Source: Dipteris shenzhenensis (Eukaryota). From it: 64,000 bases of DNA. The notes beneath the pieces were generated by a model, which was not told where the DNA came from, searched no databases, and was given only the letters and a program-made list of their open reading frames with translations. The stretch lies in the NCBI GenBank assembly GCA_047967505.1, contig CM106538.1, one strand, 5' to 3'. A program made the translations under genes and the position numbers. Positions 49,101-62,700 of this stretch are shown here, in pieces; the first letter of the stretch is position 1; every line of letters begins with the position of its first letter.

Positions 49101-50872
49101 CGCAATTATCATGTGACAATCAGAGTTGCATGGCGATTGCAAAGAGTCCGGTGTTTCACGCTCGCACAAAACACATTGAGATTCAATATTACTTTGTACG
49201 CGAGCTGATCATGGATGGAGAGATCGACTTGGTGTACTGTCCGACTACAGAGAATGTTGCGGACATCTTCACGAAGGCTCTTGGAAGAGACCTGCTGCTG
49301 GAGAGGCATCTTCATCGACTTGGCATTGGGCCGAAAAAGTAAGTTCACTTGCGGGTGGACATTGAGGGGGGGTGTTAGATATCAATGCTCCACTCTCGTG
49401 TAACTACGCGGGAATCAGCTAACTCTACTTGTAAGCCCCCATATGAGGAGAAGGCATTCGAGTAGCTCGGTTATTATCCGGTAGGTCTTGGTTTGGACAC
49501 CAGATGGGGGCCATGTGTGGCTTGATGGCTGGATGGCTTCAGATAGAGTTGGCACACCGCCAACTAGGCTACATGCAAGTGCGTGAAGGCATCCCTTGAC
49601 TGACCGCACTGAGGATAGACAGAGTATTTCTCGGGGCAGCCCAATCTCGGGTTGCGGGGCCCGTTTGGAGCCTCAGATGATCCCGGATGGCTGTGGGCCG
49701 AACGGGTAACGTAGGTTAGTTGCTCTGTTTTGCGCACCGGTTCTATCGTATGGTCGGTGACCTATTTCGGGACCGATCCCCAGTCGACCGTTTTGGGTGG
49801 ACTGGGTCGGCCACCCAATTGAGCCTAACCGACTACGACTGGTGGCTATATAAGAGCAAGCCCATGAAGCCCATTTCATCACTGGCTACAGTAACCTTGA
49901 TTCCTTAGCATTCAGTCTCCGTCTTCTGCTGTTTTCAGCACGCCATCAAAGCTTCTTTCACAGGAGCGCACGGCTGGGAGGTAGCGCCATCTATTGTATC
50001 AATTCTACAGTAATCAAATTTTTGATTCTCCATACTATCTTGTTTTCTCTCTTGCGTACGAGATCCTGTTATCTGTTGAGCACAGACGTTGTATTATTTT
50101 CTTACAGCACTATGGTGGCACGATTTCGAATTCCGACCAGATTACCAGCACCAAGTGTGGAGGCCATGAGTCGAAGCTCATCTATTGGAGTAGGGTGTTC
50201 CACCTCGACCTGTGATATTAGTCATTCAAGGGGTTCGAGACCAGACCAGCGGTGTCAAGACACAGTCATACAGTAGGATACAGTATTACCAGCAGGCAAC
50301 AAGGTTACAACAAGACCAAGATGCCTCTCTCAAACCTAGTCTTCCTCCGTTCCCATCACCTATATGCACTGAGGAAAACCACATGGAGCATTATCCTGTA
50401 GCATTAACCCACAACCAATATCCTTCCAAGAAGTTAGCACCAGACTCGGGAATTCAGTTCCTACAGATCAAGCTTCATAAACTAAGAGATCACCTCTGGA
50501 TTTATGAACCAGGTTGATCAGGATTTATCATCCAGGTATACCTTAGATAGTCACCTCCGTTAGCACAATGGGAGGCCCTTTTCATACCCTAGTTTGAGTT
50601 TCAGTAGAAGGGGATGTCATGGGCATCTAAAGCCCGTGGCCATGCTTAGGCAGCCAGGTCAACAGCCACGCAGGCATCCGTACAACCATACACGGCAATC
50701 AGCACAGTCAATGCCATGTCATCACAAGTAGAATACATAGAGTTGAATTTTTAGTTAAAAGTCAATGTGTTGACTTTTTAATATCAACGTTGGCTTTTGT
50801 ACCGACCTGTTGTTGACCAATGGACTAGGGTCAATGGTCAGCGTTGACCAGGTCAGCCAGGTTGACCTAACA
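43196..50872 (+). mobile_element. Old non-autonomous LTR element hosting Copia-2
   Basis: 5' LTR TGTCA...CTACA 43196-43850; PBS TGGTATTAGAGC 43852; PPT AGAAGGGGA 50606-50614; diverged, truncated 3' LTR from 50615; ~1.2 kb of own internal sequence with no pol. Confidence 0.75.
44563..50106 (+). mobile_element. Full-length Ty1/Copia element (Copia-2), decayed
   Basis: LTRs 44563-45276 and 49373-50106; TSD GCACT at 44558-44562 and 50107-50111; PBS 45277; PPT 49364-49372; gag-pol 45347-49342 with many stops and frameshifts. Confidence 0.96.
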
Positions 50873-53800
50873 CTGGTTTTGAGCATTAGTTTTGAGTGTT
50901 TTAGTTTTTGAGATTATTAGCATTAGCATAGCACTCAGCAAGGGCCTTAGCGAGATGATCGATAAAGAACTACCACATCATTTGCAACCCTTAAAACCCA
51001 AAACCTTACAAACACAATTGGTTTGCCAAGTTGTTTTTATGCATGGTTGATGCCACATCATCGCTGCATGGCCACTCCACTTTAACCTTAGTCCGAAAGT
51101 ATAGACCTCTACGAAGATTATGTTGGAATGGTCACCTCCCCATTTGTAAGCCCCCCATATGAGAAGAGCATGGGGGAGTATTGGAATGGTCACCTCCCCA
51201 TTTGTAAGCCCCCATATGAGGAGAGCGTGGGGGAGGGAGACCTAGGGCAGTACCCCACAGAGAAAGAGAGAAAGGGGCTGCCACATGGACAGCATCATGG
51301 CTGTCATGTGGGCAGCACATCTAGAGAAGGTGAGGAGTGGCTGCATGATAGTGACACATGGCGGCTGACCTCAGCAGCAGTACGGATGAGTATGGCGCTG
51401 CACACGTGGCTGGAGATAGCCTGGCAGAGGGCAGAACCAGCATGACAGAAGTGGAGCAGCAAATGGGGCTGCTAGTGGGCAGTGGCATGCCTTATATAGG
51501 GTGGGCCCTTGCCTTGATGGGAGGGCCCAAGGCTCTAGAAGTGTGGGCCAAAGGGCCCCAGTTTTAGAGCCCTTAAAGGGCCGGACCAGCAGCAGACTGG
51601 TCGGCCAGTATGAAGTTGACTGGTCGGTTTTTATGACAGGCCCTTGGGGCCTATAAAAGGAGAGGCTCTGGGCCTCATTTCATATCCAACATTCAGCAAG
51701 AAAGGGTGCAGACAGGAGCAGCCAGAAGCCACTCCCTTGGGCCTCACACTGAGGGTGAAGGAGAGTGGAAGGTGAGCTGCAGACTGAGTTCCCTAGAGGT
51801 TGGACCTTGGCTGTCTTCTAGGGCAGCAAGGTGTTGTGATCATGATACCTTCTAGAGCAGCCATTCACAAGCAGGTTGGAGCAGTGGAACAGCTATCTTG
51901 AGGCCTACATTCAGGAGGACCAAGGGGACCTGTGTGCTGCAGACAAAGCTTGGCAGGGGCTGCCCACCTAGGCTGATTCATAGGCAGTAAGGTGGAGAAG
52001 AACACACTAGATGGAAAGTCTACAGACGCTCGAAGTGGAGCACGCGGGCTCGAGTCTAGAGATAGCTAGCAGATAGGAGAAGTACCTTGTGGTAAGGTTA
52101 AAGGACCACACCATTTGTGGGACTGTGGATCTATCTCTTTTGTATTGTGTCCATAGTTTTGGACGGAAATATATTATTTAGGTGGTTTCTCTATCTGGTT
52201 GGTTCATTGCCTATTGATGAGTCTGCACATCTATTTTATGCACCTAAGTTAAGAAGTTTGTGATTCCACATCCCACATGCACACTGTGTGAGCTCCTGGG
52301 CATTACTATCAGTCTTCCGCTGTGCGTACCCTTTGTTGGGTTCATTTCTAACATGGTATCAGAGCCCAAGTAGGAGGCTCACAGGTGTGGGAGCTTGAAG
52401 GCAGGGACCTTGCTGAAGGACGGCCTTGATTCAGAAGCTCTTGGGAATCGACTTCCACGACTGGAGGATTGTGCCCTTGCGACAAGGAGGGTGACTCAGG
52501 TTCAGTTAGGTGCGTTTAAAGTTCGCGGTCCAGGGTATCTGGAGATGTACTTTTGTTGCAGACCTTGCCAAAGGAAGGACGGGTTGAAACAGACCCTCAG
52601 AGCATGGTGCCTGTAAGACTCCAGGTTGTTCACTCATTATGAGGGGGACAATTGGAAGATCATAGAGGTTGGGTTGCTCGAGTTCGAAGGCAGGAACATG
52701 AATGAAGGAGGTGGTGCTAGGAGGTGCTACCAAAGATGGACCTGTGTACCAGGATGGTGTGCGGAAGCGGAACCAGACCTAGACCTGGTGGAGCAGGAGC
52801 CACTGGATGAAAAGCCAGGAAAAGATTTCGACATCGAAAAGTTCCAGAGGACTACGACCAGAGTGTTACTGGAGCATCTTCATCGATGTGTCGGCATTGG
52901 GCCTGGATGTGTCGGTGAGAGGGGGTGTTGGAATGGTCACCTCCCCATCTGTAAGCCCCCATACAAGGAGAGCATGGGGGAGGGAGACCTAGGGCAGTAC
53001 CCCACAGAAAAAGAGAGAAAGGGGCTGCCACATGGACAGCATCATGGCTGTCATGTGGGCAGCACATCTAGAGAAGCTGAGGAGTGGCTGCATGATGGTG
53101 ACACATGGCGGCTAACCTCAGCAGCAGTACGGATGAGTACGGCGCTGCACACGTGGCTGGAGATAGCCTGGCAGAGGGCAGAACCAGCACAACAGAAGTG
53201 GAGCAGCAAATGGGGCTGCTAGTGGGCAGTGGCATGCCTTATATAGGGCTGGGCCCCTGCCTTGATGGGAGGGCCAAAGGCCCTAGAAGTGTGGGCCAAA
53301 GGGCCCCGGTTTTAGAGCCCTTAAAGGGCTGGACCAGCAGCAGCCTGGTCGGCCAGTATGGGGCTGCTAGTGGGCAGTGGCATGCCTTATATAGGGCTGG
53401 GCCCCTGCCTTGATGGGAGGGCCAAAGGCCCTAGAAGTGTGGGCCAAAGGGCCCCGGTTTTAGAGCCCTTAAAGGGCTGGACCAGCAGGAGACTGGTCGG
53501 CCAGCCTGGTGGGCCAGTATGAAGCTGACTGGTCGGTTTTTATGACAGGCCCTTGGGGCCTATAAAAGGAGAGGCTTTGGGCCTCATTTCATATCCAACA
53601 TTCAGCAAGAAAGGGAGCAGACAGGAGCAGCCAGAAGCCACTCCCTTGGGCCTCACACTGAGGGTGAAGGAGAGTGGAAGGTGAGCTGCAGACTGAGTTC
53701 CCTAGAGGCTGGACCTTGGCTGTCTTCTAGGGCAGCAAGGTGTTGTGATCATGATACCTTCTGGAGCAGCCATTCACAAGCAGGTTGGAGCAGTGGAACA

Positions 53801-54911
53801 GCTATCTTGGGGCCTACATTCAGGAGGACCAAGGGGACCTGTGTGCTGCAGACAAAGCTTGGTAGGGGCTGCCCACCTAGGCTGATTCACAGGCAGTAAG
53901 GTGGAGAAGAACACACTAGACGGAAAGTCTACAGACGCTTGAAGTGGAGCACGCGGGCTCGAGTCTAGAGATAGCCAGCAGATAGGAGAAGTACCTTGTG
54001 GTAAGATCAGAGGACCACACCATTGGTGGGACTCTGGATCTCTCTCTTTTGTATTGTGTCCATAGTTTTGGACGGAAATATATTATTTTGGTGGTTTCTC
54101 TATCTGGCTGGTTCATTGTCTATTGATGAGTCTGCACATCTATTTTATGCACATAAGTTAAGAAGTTTGTGATTCCACACCACACAACACTGTGTGAGCT
54201 CCTGGGCATTACTATAAGTCTTCCGCTGTGCGTACCCTCTGTTGGGTAATTTCTAACAGGGAGGTGGACCTAGGGATGTATAGATTGCCACATGGGTAGA
54301 GAATGGGGCTGCCACATGGGCAGCACATGAGTTGTCATGTGGACAGCACAAGAAACCTTGTGCAGGAGAGATGGCGGGAGAGAAGGATGAGGGGATAGAG
54401 AGATAGAGAGAGGGAGGAGGGAGAGAGAGTGAGCGTAGGCAGCAGGTAGCAGGAAGGAGGAGGGAGAGTAGATAGGATTAGATGTCACATCAAAAGTACT
54501 ATACAAATCATTAGGGGTTGACTTATATAGTCCCCCTTCTTTCTCCTATCTTACCACCGATTTCCCTTCTTTTTCCCCACCTATTTCCAACCTAATTCCT
54601 TGCTATTTCCCACCTTCATTACAGCCATCCCTCCCCAAGGAATTTCACCCTCAAAATTTTATATGCGGGATGTTAAATAGGTGCAGCAAACAGCAAATAA
54701 TAATCAGCCCGGTAGGCGCATTTCACCTTTGCAGGATCCACTCATCCTTGACCAAGATACTCAACCTCTTGTGCCATAAAAGTGCATTTGCTGGCTTTAG
54801 CATAAAGCGGATGCAACCTCAAAATTTCCAGCACTTGCTTGACATGTTTGATGTGCTCTTGCTTATCCTTGCTGTAAATGAGGATGTCATCAAAAAATAC
54901 CAGTACATATA
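50863..54911 (-). mobile_element. Remnant of a second copy of the chromovirus Gypsy (RT fragment, 3' UTR, PPT, 3' LTR), interrupted by 51179-54258
   Basis: 54718-54911 matches RT at 62183-62390; 54460-54716 matches the 3' UTR at 59930-60152; on the minus strand AATGGGGAGG is followed by TGACC at 51134; left end approximate. Confidence 0.65.
51179..54258 (+). mobile_element. Non-autonomous LTR element (TRIM/LARD-like) with ~1.2-1.3-kb LTRs and a 572-bp interior
   Basis: LTRs 51179-52353 and 52926-54258 (148-bp internal duplication in the latter); TSD GGGAG at 51174-51178 and 54259-54263; PBS 52354; PPT GAGAGGGGG before 52926. Confidence 0.9.
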
Positions 54912-55254
54912 TGTCAGGAGGACGTGAAATTATGGGACTCTTGATTTGCGACTCTCGTAATTTGTGCGTGACTGCCTTGAGCCTCTGGGGCGCGAGGGTC
55001 TGGCCATGGGGTGGGACTTGGGGAATTAAAATTCCTAGTGGGCCCTTGGAAATAGTGAATGTGCGCCCAGTTACTAGGCAATCAATTCCTAGGGCCAAAG
55101 TGTGCAACAGGGGGCCCAAAAGAGTGGTGTAATTTAAAAAACATTGCTTTTTGGAGCCTAGGGCTTTAAAAGGGGGAGGGAAGCCCTTCTTATAGATGCA
55201 GTTGGCCAAATCAGTTCTAGAGGAGCCAGATCATCAGTTTGGCGTTGCCAGAGC

Positions 55255-55570
55255 TTGCCAGGTGTTGCTAGAGTCAAATCGCTTTTTACCAGGAGGTTCC
55301 AGAGCCTGCCAGGGAAATTCGATTTTACCCAGGGGCCAGTTTCAGGTGTTCCAGAGGTTGCCAGGGAAATTCGTTTTTACCCAGGGGCTAGTTTCAGGTG
55401 TTCCAGAGGCTACCAATGAAATTAGTTTTTACTCAGGGGCCAGTTTCAGGTGATCCAGGGCTTGTTAGGGAAATTCGTTTTTACCCAAGGGCCAGTTTCA
55501 GGTGTTTAAGAGCTTGCCAGGGAAATTCGCTTCTACCCAAGGGCCAGTTCCAGGTGATCCCGGTCTTGCA
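55255..55570 (+). repeat. 52-bp minisatellite, ~6 copies
   Basis: GCCAGGGAAATTCGTTTTTACCCAGGGGCCAGTTTCAGGTG at 55308, 55360, 55412, 55464, 55516. Confidence 0.9.
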
Positions 55571-55609
55571 GGACAGCAAAGGATGCTTGGGATAAATTGG
55601 CCTCTCTCT

Positions 55610-58600
55610 ATCAGTTGCAGTTCCTCTCATGCATCTAAAAATACAGCAGATAAGTCAAAGAAGAAAAGATGCAACTATTGTCGCAAGCTTGGACATGACA
55701 TTTCAGAATGCAGGAAGCACATTGCTTCGGAGAAAAAGAAAGCAGGATTGACAGTTAATGCCTCACATGCTATTGAATCCCATGAGCCAGTAGATGCTTC
55801 ACATGCACATGCTCTTCAGGATGATTGGGCATGGGCTGTTCATTGCTCATTTGATCCCTCCAAAGCTGATGCATTATTTACTGCTAATGATGCTCAGTCC
55901 TGGTACTTTGATAGTGGTGCTTCCAAGCATGTCACATCTTGCAGACAGTTGTTTCACTCTTTAGCTGATGCACCTCGAGGGGGGACTGTCACATGTGCTA
56001 ATAATGCTTCATATGCTGTAAAAGGAATTGGAGATGCGCAGCTCACATCTATTTCAAGTCATCCTGTCACTTTGATAAATGTTCTCTTTGTGCTTGCAAT
56101 TGAAGTCAACTTGATCTCAATTTCAGCAATTGCCACTTCAGGTTTCAGAGTTATTTTTGATGGCTACAGATGCCTAGTTTATGATCTTCGTGATGACAAT
56201 GCCATAGTTCTCACTGGCACTTTGCAAAAGGGGCTTTATCACCTTGATCATCACTCAGCTGCACTTTCTATTGAAGCATTGGCTATTTCAGATTCACAAC
56301 TTGCTGAAACTCATCTTTGGCATGAGAGAATGGGCCATCTCAATTATAGAGCTCTTGCAAAGCTACATTCACAGCAGATGGCAAATGATGTATTTCAAAC
56401 TCACACAGTTTCCAAACATGTGTGTGAAGGTTGTCTTTTGGGTAAGATGCATCGATTTCCTTTTCAAAAAAATTGTCCAAAACTCTCACAAAGGAAATTG
56501 CAGCTAGTACACAATGTTGTCTGTGGCCCAATGAGGACAAATGCCATTGGGGGGTACAAATATTTTATGACTCTCATTGATGATTTCACAAGATATTGCT
56601 GCATATATCCATTAAAAGCCAACTCTGAAGTTTTCTTATGCTTTCAGAGGTGGCTGAATATGGTTGAGAATGAATCACGATGCAAGCTTGTCACCCTCAA
56701 CACAGATAGGGGGGGAGAGTATATGTCAAAGGAGTTTGATGCATTTCTCTCTTCACCGGGCATTATTCACTCATACACTACTCCTTACACTCCTCAACAG
56801 AATCCTGTTTCTGAAAGGAAAAACAGGTCCACAATGGAGATGGCTAGATGCATGCTTGAGGCCAAGTCTTTGCCCAATAAATTTTGGCTTGATGCAGTGA
56901 TGTGTGCCAACTATGTACTGAATAGATCACCTACACGGGCATTGAAGATTGTTACACCTTATGAAGCATGGAAAGGCAGGAAACTTCACTTTCACACATG
57001 AGAGTTTTTGGGTCTCTTGCATATGTTCATGTACCATCTCAGCTGAGACATAAGCTTGATGATAAGGCAATCAAATGCATATTTATTGGTTACAACCAGG
57101 AGAGCAGAGGGTATCGGTTATATCAACCAAATACTGGGAAGATTATTGTCAGTAGAGATGTAATCTTTGCTGAACATTTAGCTTCTCCTCTTGTGGACTG
57201 CAAAGCTAAGCTAGATGTTGACATGTTTGATGCTTTTGAATCTTGGTTACCTCTGCCATCCTCAGAAGAGGACTTTGACCAGCAACATGAGCCTCCTGTA
57301 GGCCCTCCAACAAGCAATGATCAGCCAGTACCCCATGCTGATTTGCAGGTTTCTCTTCCAGCACAAAATGATCCCACTATTCATGATGCAGTGATTGAAG
57401 AAAGAGCTATCAATAGACAGCAAAGGCAAGTTCCCAGATGGCTTCTTGATACATTGAGGGACAGCAAACAAGATCAGCCTTTTGCTGCCCTGACAAGATC
57501 AGGAAATAGACAGCATGGTCACTTTCTTGAGTTTGCACTCCTTGCTACAGCTTGCAATCAAGAGCCTCTGTGCCATAAAGATGCTTTTGACAGCAAAGAG
57601 TGGATGGATGCAATGAGAGCTGAGTTACATTCCATTGCTAAAAATGACACATGGGAATTAGTTGATCTCCCTCTCGGCAAGCATGCCATTGGAACCCGGT
57701 GGGTCTACAAATTAAAAAGGAAATCTGATGGCAGCATAGATCGATACAAAGCCCGTCTTGTTGCAGAAGGTTATGCTCAACAACAAGGCATTGACTTTGA
57801 GGAGACATTTGCTCCCACATCGAGGATTACTACCATTAGATGTGTCATTGCCATTGCAGCCCATCATCATTGGCAAGTGCACCAACTTGACATCAAGACT
57901 GCTTTTCTTCATGGGGATCTACAGGAAGAAGTATATGTCACACAACCTCCTGGCTTTGAGGTTGTTAATTTTGAAAATAAGGTATGCTGGCTTAGAAAAG
58001 CCCTATATGGTTTGAAGCAGGCACCCAGGGCATGGTATGTCAAAATTCATGCACACTTATTATCCCTTGGTTTTCAGAATAGTCCCACAGAACCCACTCT
58101 TTATGTCCGTGGGAGTGGATCTGATTTTTTAGTGCTGATTTTATACGTGGATGATATGCTCATCACGGGCCCAGATACTCAGCAAATTGCAGCTTTCAAG
58201 GCTGATTTGCAGCAGGTTTTTGACATGTCAGACATGGGACAGCTCCATTATTATTTGGGCATTCGGTTTGTTCATGTTGAGGGGGGTATCATGATGTCAC
58301 AGTCCAAGTATATTGGACAGCTCCTTGATCGTTTTCAGTTCGAAGATTGCAAGCCAATCTCTGCTCCAGTAGACCTTGGCTTCAAATTCTGAGCTCATGA
58401 TGGGGGCCCACCATGTGATATCACTCTTTATCAGCAGGCTGTTGGATGCCTTATTTATTTATGTCACACCAGACCTGACTTGCAGTATGCAGTATCTAAG
58501 CTTAGCAGATTCATGCACATGCCCAGTTCACAGCATTGGCAGGCAATGAAGAGAGTCTTCAGATATCTCAGAGGCACTCAGGAATTAGTCCTCTTCTATG

Positions 58601-59447
58601 GTGATCAGGGTTCACTTACCATGCATGCTTACACGGATAGTAACTGGGCAGGATGTTCCGACACCAGAGTGTCACATATTGGCAATCATGTACCTCTTGG
58701 CTCAGCAAGAAGCAACCAACAGTTGCTACATCTAACTGTGAGGCTGAGTACATGGCAGCTTTCACCGCTACAGTAGAGTGTGGTTGGCTTTGATAGTTAC
58801 TTACAGATCTTGGTATTCGCCAAACATCCTCCACTATTGTCTACACTGACAGCCAGAGTACTTTGCCCATTGCGCGTAACCCAATGTTTCATGCACGTAC
58901 CAAGCATATTGAAGTTCATTATCATTATGTTCGGGAGTGGTTGTCAGTAGGAGACATATCTTCCCACAGAGGACAACATAGCAGATATGTTTACAAAGGC
59001 GCTTCCTCGTCTCAAGTTCGAAGTCTTTCGACAGGCTTTACACTTGGTTCCCTTTGTTACATGATCTGACATCCCTTGTACATTCATAGGTGGCTATATC
59101 CTTTTGGATGAACATGTGCCACCATGACCAGAAAATACTAGGTGTTCTGAGACGTTTCCAGAGTACTTCAGCCCATCCCATGGAGGGGGGTTTGTAGGCC
59201 ATCTCTTGGTGGTTCTAGTGATGCCCTATAGGCCATGGTATGTGCCTTGTAGGCATAAATAGAGGCACTTGTAGTGTTAGTTCCTTTTAGGCCACATAGG
59301 ACACTTAGTCCTATGTGACACCTAGGAGACTTAGTCCTAGGTCTAGGTACAAGTACCTTGTACTCTCTATTTTTCATTATCCTAGTTCACGTGACGGCGT
59401 TTCTCATCGACCCTTGTATCTTGTATGTGCTCCTTTTTTGTCTACGT
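55610..59447 (+). mobile_element. 5'-truncated Ty1/Copia element (Copia-3)
   Basis: CNYCRKLGHDISEC, WYFDSGASKH, integrase, QLDIKTAFL, YVDDM, HARTKHIEVHYH; PPT GGAGGGGGG ~59182 and 3' LTR ~59193-59447; no 5' LTR or gag N-terminus. Confidence 0.88.
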
Positions 59448-59459
59448 GACCCTTCAAGC

Positions 59460-59769
59460 TCACGGGCTCGAGTCTAGAGATAGCCAGCAGATAGGAGAAG
59501 TACCTTGTGGTAAGATCAGAGGATCACACCATTGGTGGGACTCTGGATCTATCTCTTTTGTATTGTGTCCATAGTTTTGGACGGAAATATATTATTTTGG
59601 TGGTTTCTCTATCTGGCTGGTTCATTGTCTATTGATGAGTCTGCACATCTATGGTATGCACATAAGTTAAGAAGTTTGTGATTCCACACCCCACACCACA
59701 CTGTGTGAGCTCCTACGCATTACTATAAGTCTTCCGCTGTGTGTACCCTCTGTTGGGTCATTTCTAACA
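59460..59769 (+). mobile_element. 3' part of another LTR of the 51179-54258 family
   Basis: Near-identical to 53952-54258 and ends TTCTAACA. Confidence 0.9.
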
Positions 59770-62700
59770 GGGACAGATTTGGAGAAAGGGGGATAGAGGA
59801 GCAGAAGGGGGAGAGAGAGAGGGGAAGAGGGAGAGGAAGGGTAGGAGAGAGAGAATGAGGTAGGAAGAGAGGGAGAGATTGAGAGGGAGTAGGGAAGAGA
59901 GACAGAGTGAGTAGTGGGCAAGAAGGAGGAAGGGAGAGTAGATAGGATTAGATGTCGCATCAAAAAGTACATAGTAGTGGGTGGATGGAGACTTATATAG
60001 TCCCTCCACATTTTCCACGTAAAGGGCCTCTAACTTGGCCTCTTTTTCCCCTTCATTACAGCCATCCCTTCCCATAGAAAATTTCCCTCAAAATTTCATA
60101 TGCGGGCTGTTAAATCGGTGCAGCAAACAGCAAATAATAATCAGCTCGGTAGGAGATGGGGATTGTCCTGGACAATGCTCTCTAGCTGCCATGAGTTCTC
60201 ATCCTCAAGGAGTCCCTGCCACTTGATAAGATACTCGGTGTAGACTTTGTTTTGGAGTACGTGATCCTTGAAACCCATGATGCGCTCCGGAACATAGAGT
60301 ATGTGGCCCTCCTCATCTATAGGTGGTAGCTCAAGAAGGACTTGGACATGCTGTTCGACATGTGGCTTCAGCAAGGACACATGGAAAACATTATGAATCC
60401 TGGAGGTCCTGGGTAGCTCCAACTCATACGCCACCTCGCCAACTTTGCGGATGATCCTGTAGGGACCATAATACCTGTGAGCAAGCTTCCTGTTGGTGTT
60501 ACCCTTCAGCGAGGCATAACGGTTCTTATGGAGGCGTAAGTGCACATAATCCCCTTCTTCAAAAGACAGATACCTCTTGTGTTCATCGGCATACTTCTTC
60601 TGCTTGGCTTGGGCATCCTGTATATTCTTTTTAGCCAATTGCAAAAGGGCATCCATACTCTCCAAGTCATTTCTTGCTTGCTGATTTTTCACAGCATGTT
60701 TGCAACTAAAGATGGCATACCCACTGTGCATCCATGCATAGCCTCGAACGGGCTCATGCCAATAGAGATGTGCTTGGTACTGTTGTAACAAAATTCAGCA
60801 CGTGCCAACCACTTATCCCAAGACTTCTGTGTGTCATGACAGAAATGCCTCAAATACTCCTCCAGCTATTTGTTCACCCTTTTTGACTGTCCATCCGTCT
60901 CAGGGTGGTAAGCAGTGCTAGGTGTAAGAGAAGTACCCCCTGCTGTAAATAACTCCTGCCAAAAGTGACCCATAAATTTTGCATCTCTGTCGCTGACAAT
61001 CTCCAGAGGGAAACCATGATGCTTAAAAACATGCTGGATGAATTGCCAAGCAATGTGTGATGCTGAATAACGGGTCTTAGTGGGTATGAAATGGGCCTGC
61101 TTTGTCATTCTGTCAACCACCACAAAAATGCTATCCCATCCCCGCTTTGTGGAAGGCAACCTTGTGATGAAATCCATAGCAATGTGAGTCCATTTGCCTT
61201 CTGGAATAGGTAATGGTTGCAAGAGACCTGCGGGTAACCGGCTGTCCACTTTATTTTGCTGGCAGGGCAAACATTCATTGACAAATTTAACTACATCCCG
61301 CCACAAGCCATCCCAGATAAAGCTCTGTTTAACCTTTTCATATGTCTTAGTAATACCCGCATGTCCTGCCATAGGAGATGAGTGCATTTCCTATAAGATC
61401 AGCAGTCGGTACTTTGAATCTGGCACCAAATAAATTTTGTCCTTGCACCACAACAGCCCATTATGAGCTTAAATTCAGCATGCCCCTGGCTCGATGGCCT
61501 CTGTAACTCCACAAATATGGAAGCTGCCTCAGAATCCTGCATGTATTCTTCCTGAATACCATGAATCCACTCTTGGTAGATGGTAGAAATGGCAGACAAA
61601 CTGCAAGCCCACATACGGGATAAGACATCTGCAACCATGTTTTCTTTCCCCTTCCTGTACTCGATGTCAAAATCATAAGACTGAACCTTAGCCAGCCACC
61701 TCTTCTGCTTCATTGACAAGTTGGGCTGCGTAAGGAAATACCTGAGTGTCCTCTGTCTTAACCTTGATTTTGCCACCGTACTAGTGGTGCCATTTTTCGA
61801 AAGCATGGAGGATAGCCAACATTTCCTGATCATACACATGATAATCTAGTTCCTTGGCATTCAATTTCTTGCTTTCAAAAGCAATTACCCTGTGTTCTTG
61901 TCTTAGCACAGCCCCTAATCCTTTGCCACTGGCATCTGCCTCCACAATGAAAGTACGTGAAAAATCAGGGCATACCAACACAGGAGCATGAGTGAGGGCG
62001 AATTTCAGGTCTTCAAAGCTGTGCTGTGCATTTGTAGACCTCATAAAAGCATCTTTCTTCAAAAGGTCCGTCAGAGGGGCTGCCCGCTTGGCAAACTTGC
62101 GAATAAAGCGCCTGTCGAAGGAAGCAAGACCTAGAAATCCCCTCAACTGAGTAGGGTTGCGTGGCTGTGGCCAATCCACAATGCATTTCACCTTTGCAGG
62201 ATCCACTCGAATGCCATCCTTGCTCACAATGTGACCAAGATACTCAACCTCTTGTGCCATAAAAGTGCATTTGCTGGCTTTAGCATAAAGCTGATGCAAC
62301 CTCAAAATTTCCAGCTCTTGCTTGACATGTCTGATGTTTTCATGCTTATCCTTGTTGTAAATGAGGATGTCATCAAAAAATACCAGCACATATTTGAAAA
62401 GGAGAGGCTGTAAAATCTTGTTCATGAGTGCCTGGAAGATAGCTGGTGCATTGGTCAATCCAACATGCATCACCTTGAACTCATATAGTCCCCTCTCTGT
62501 GCGAAAGGCTGTCTTGTGCTCATCCCCAGCTTTCGTTCTAATCTGATGATAGCCGGACCTCAAATCAATCTTAGTGAAAAACTGAGCACCCTTGAGATCA
62601 TCCAACAAGTCATCTATCTTGGGGATTGGAAACCTGTTCTTGATGGTGACCTTATTCAAGTCTCTGTAGTCAATGCACATACGGTAAGAACCATCCTTCT

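Noticed and set aside
51121-51178. LTR starting at 51121 with an internal 58-bp duplication
   Set aside because: No TSD at that boundary; GGGAG flanks 51179-54258 and the target continues at 54264.
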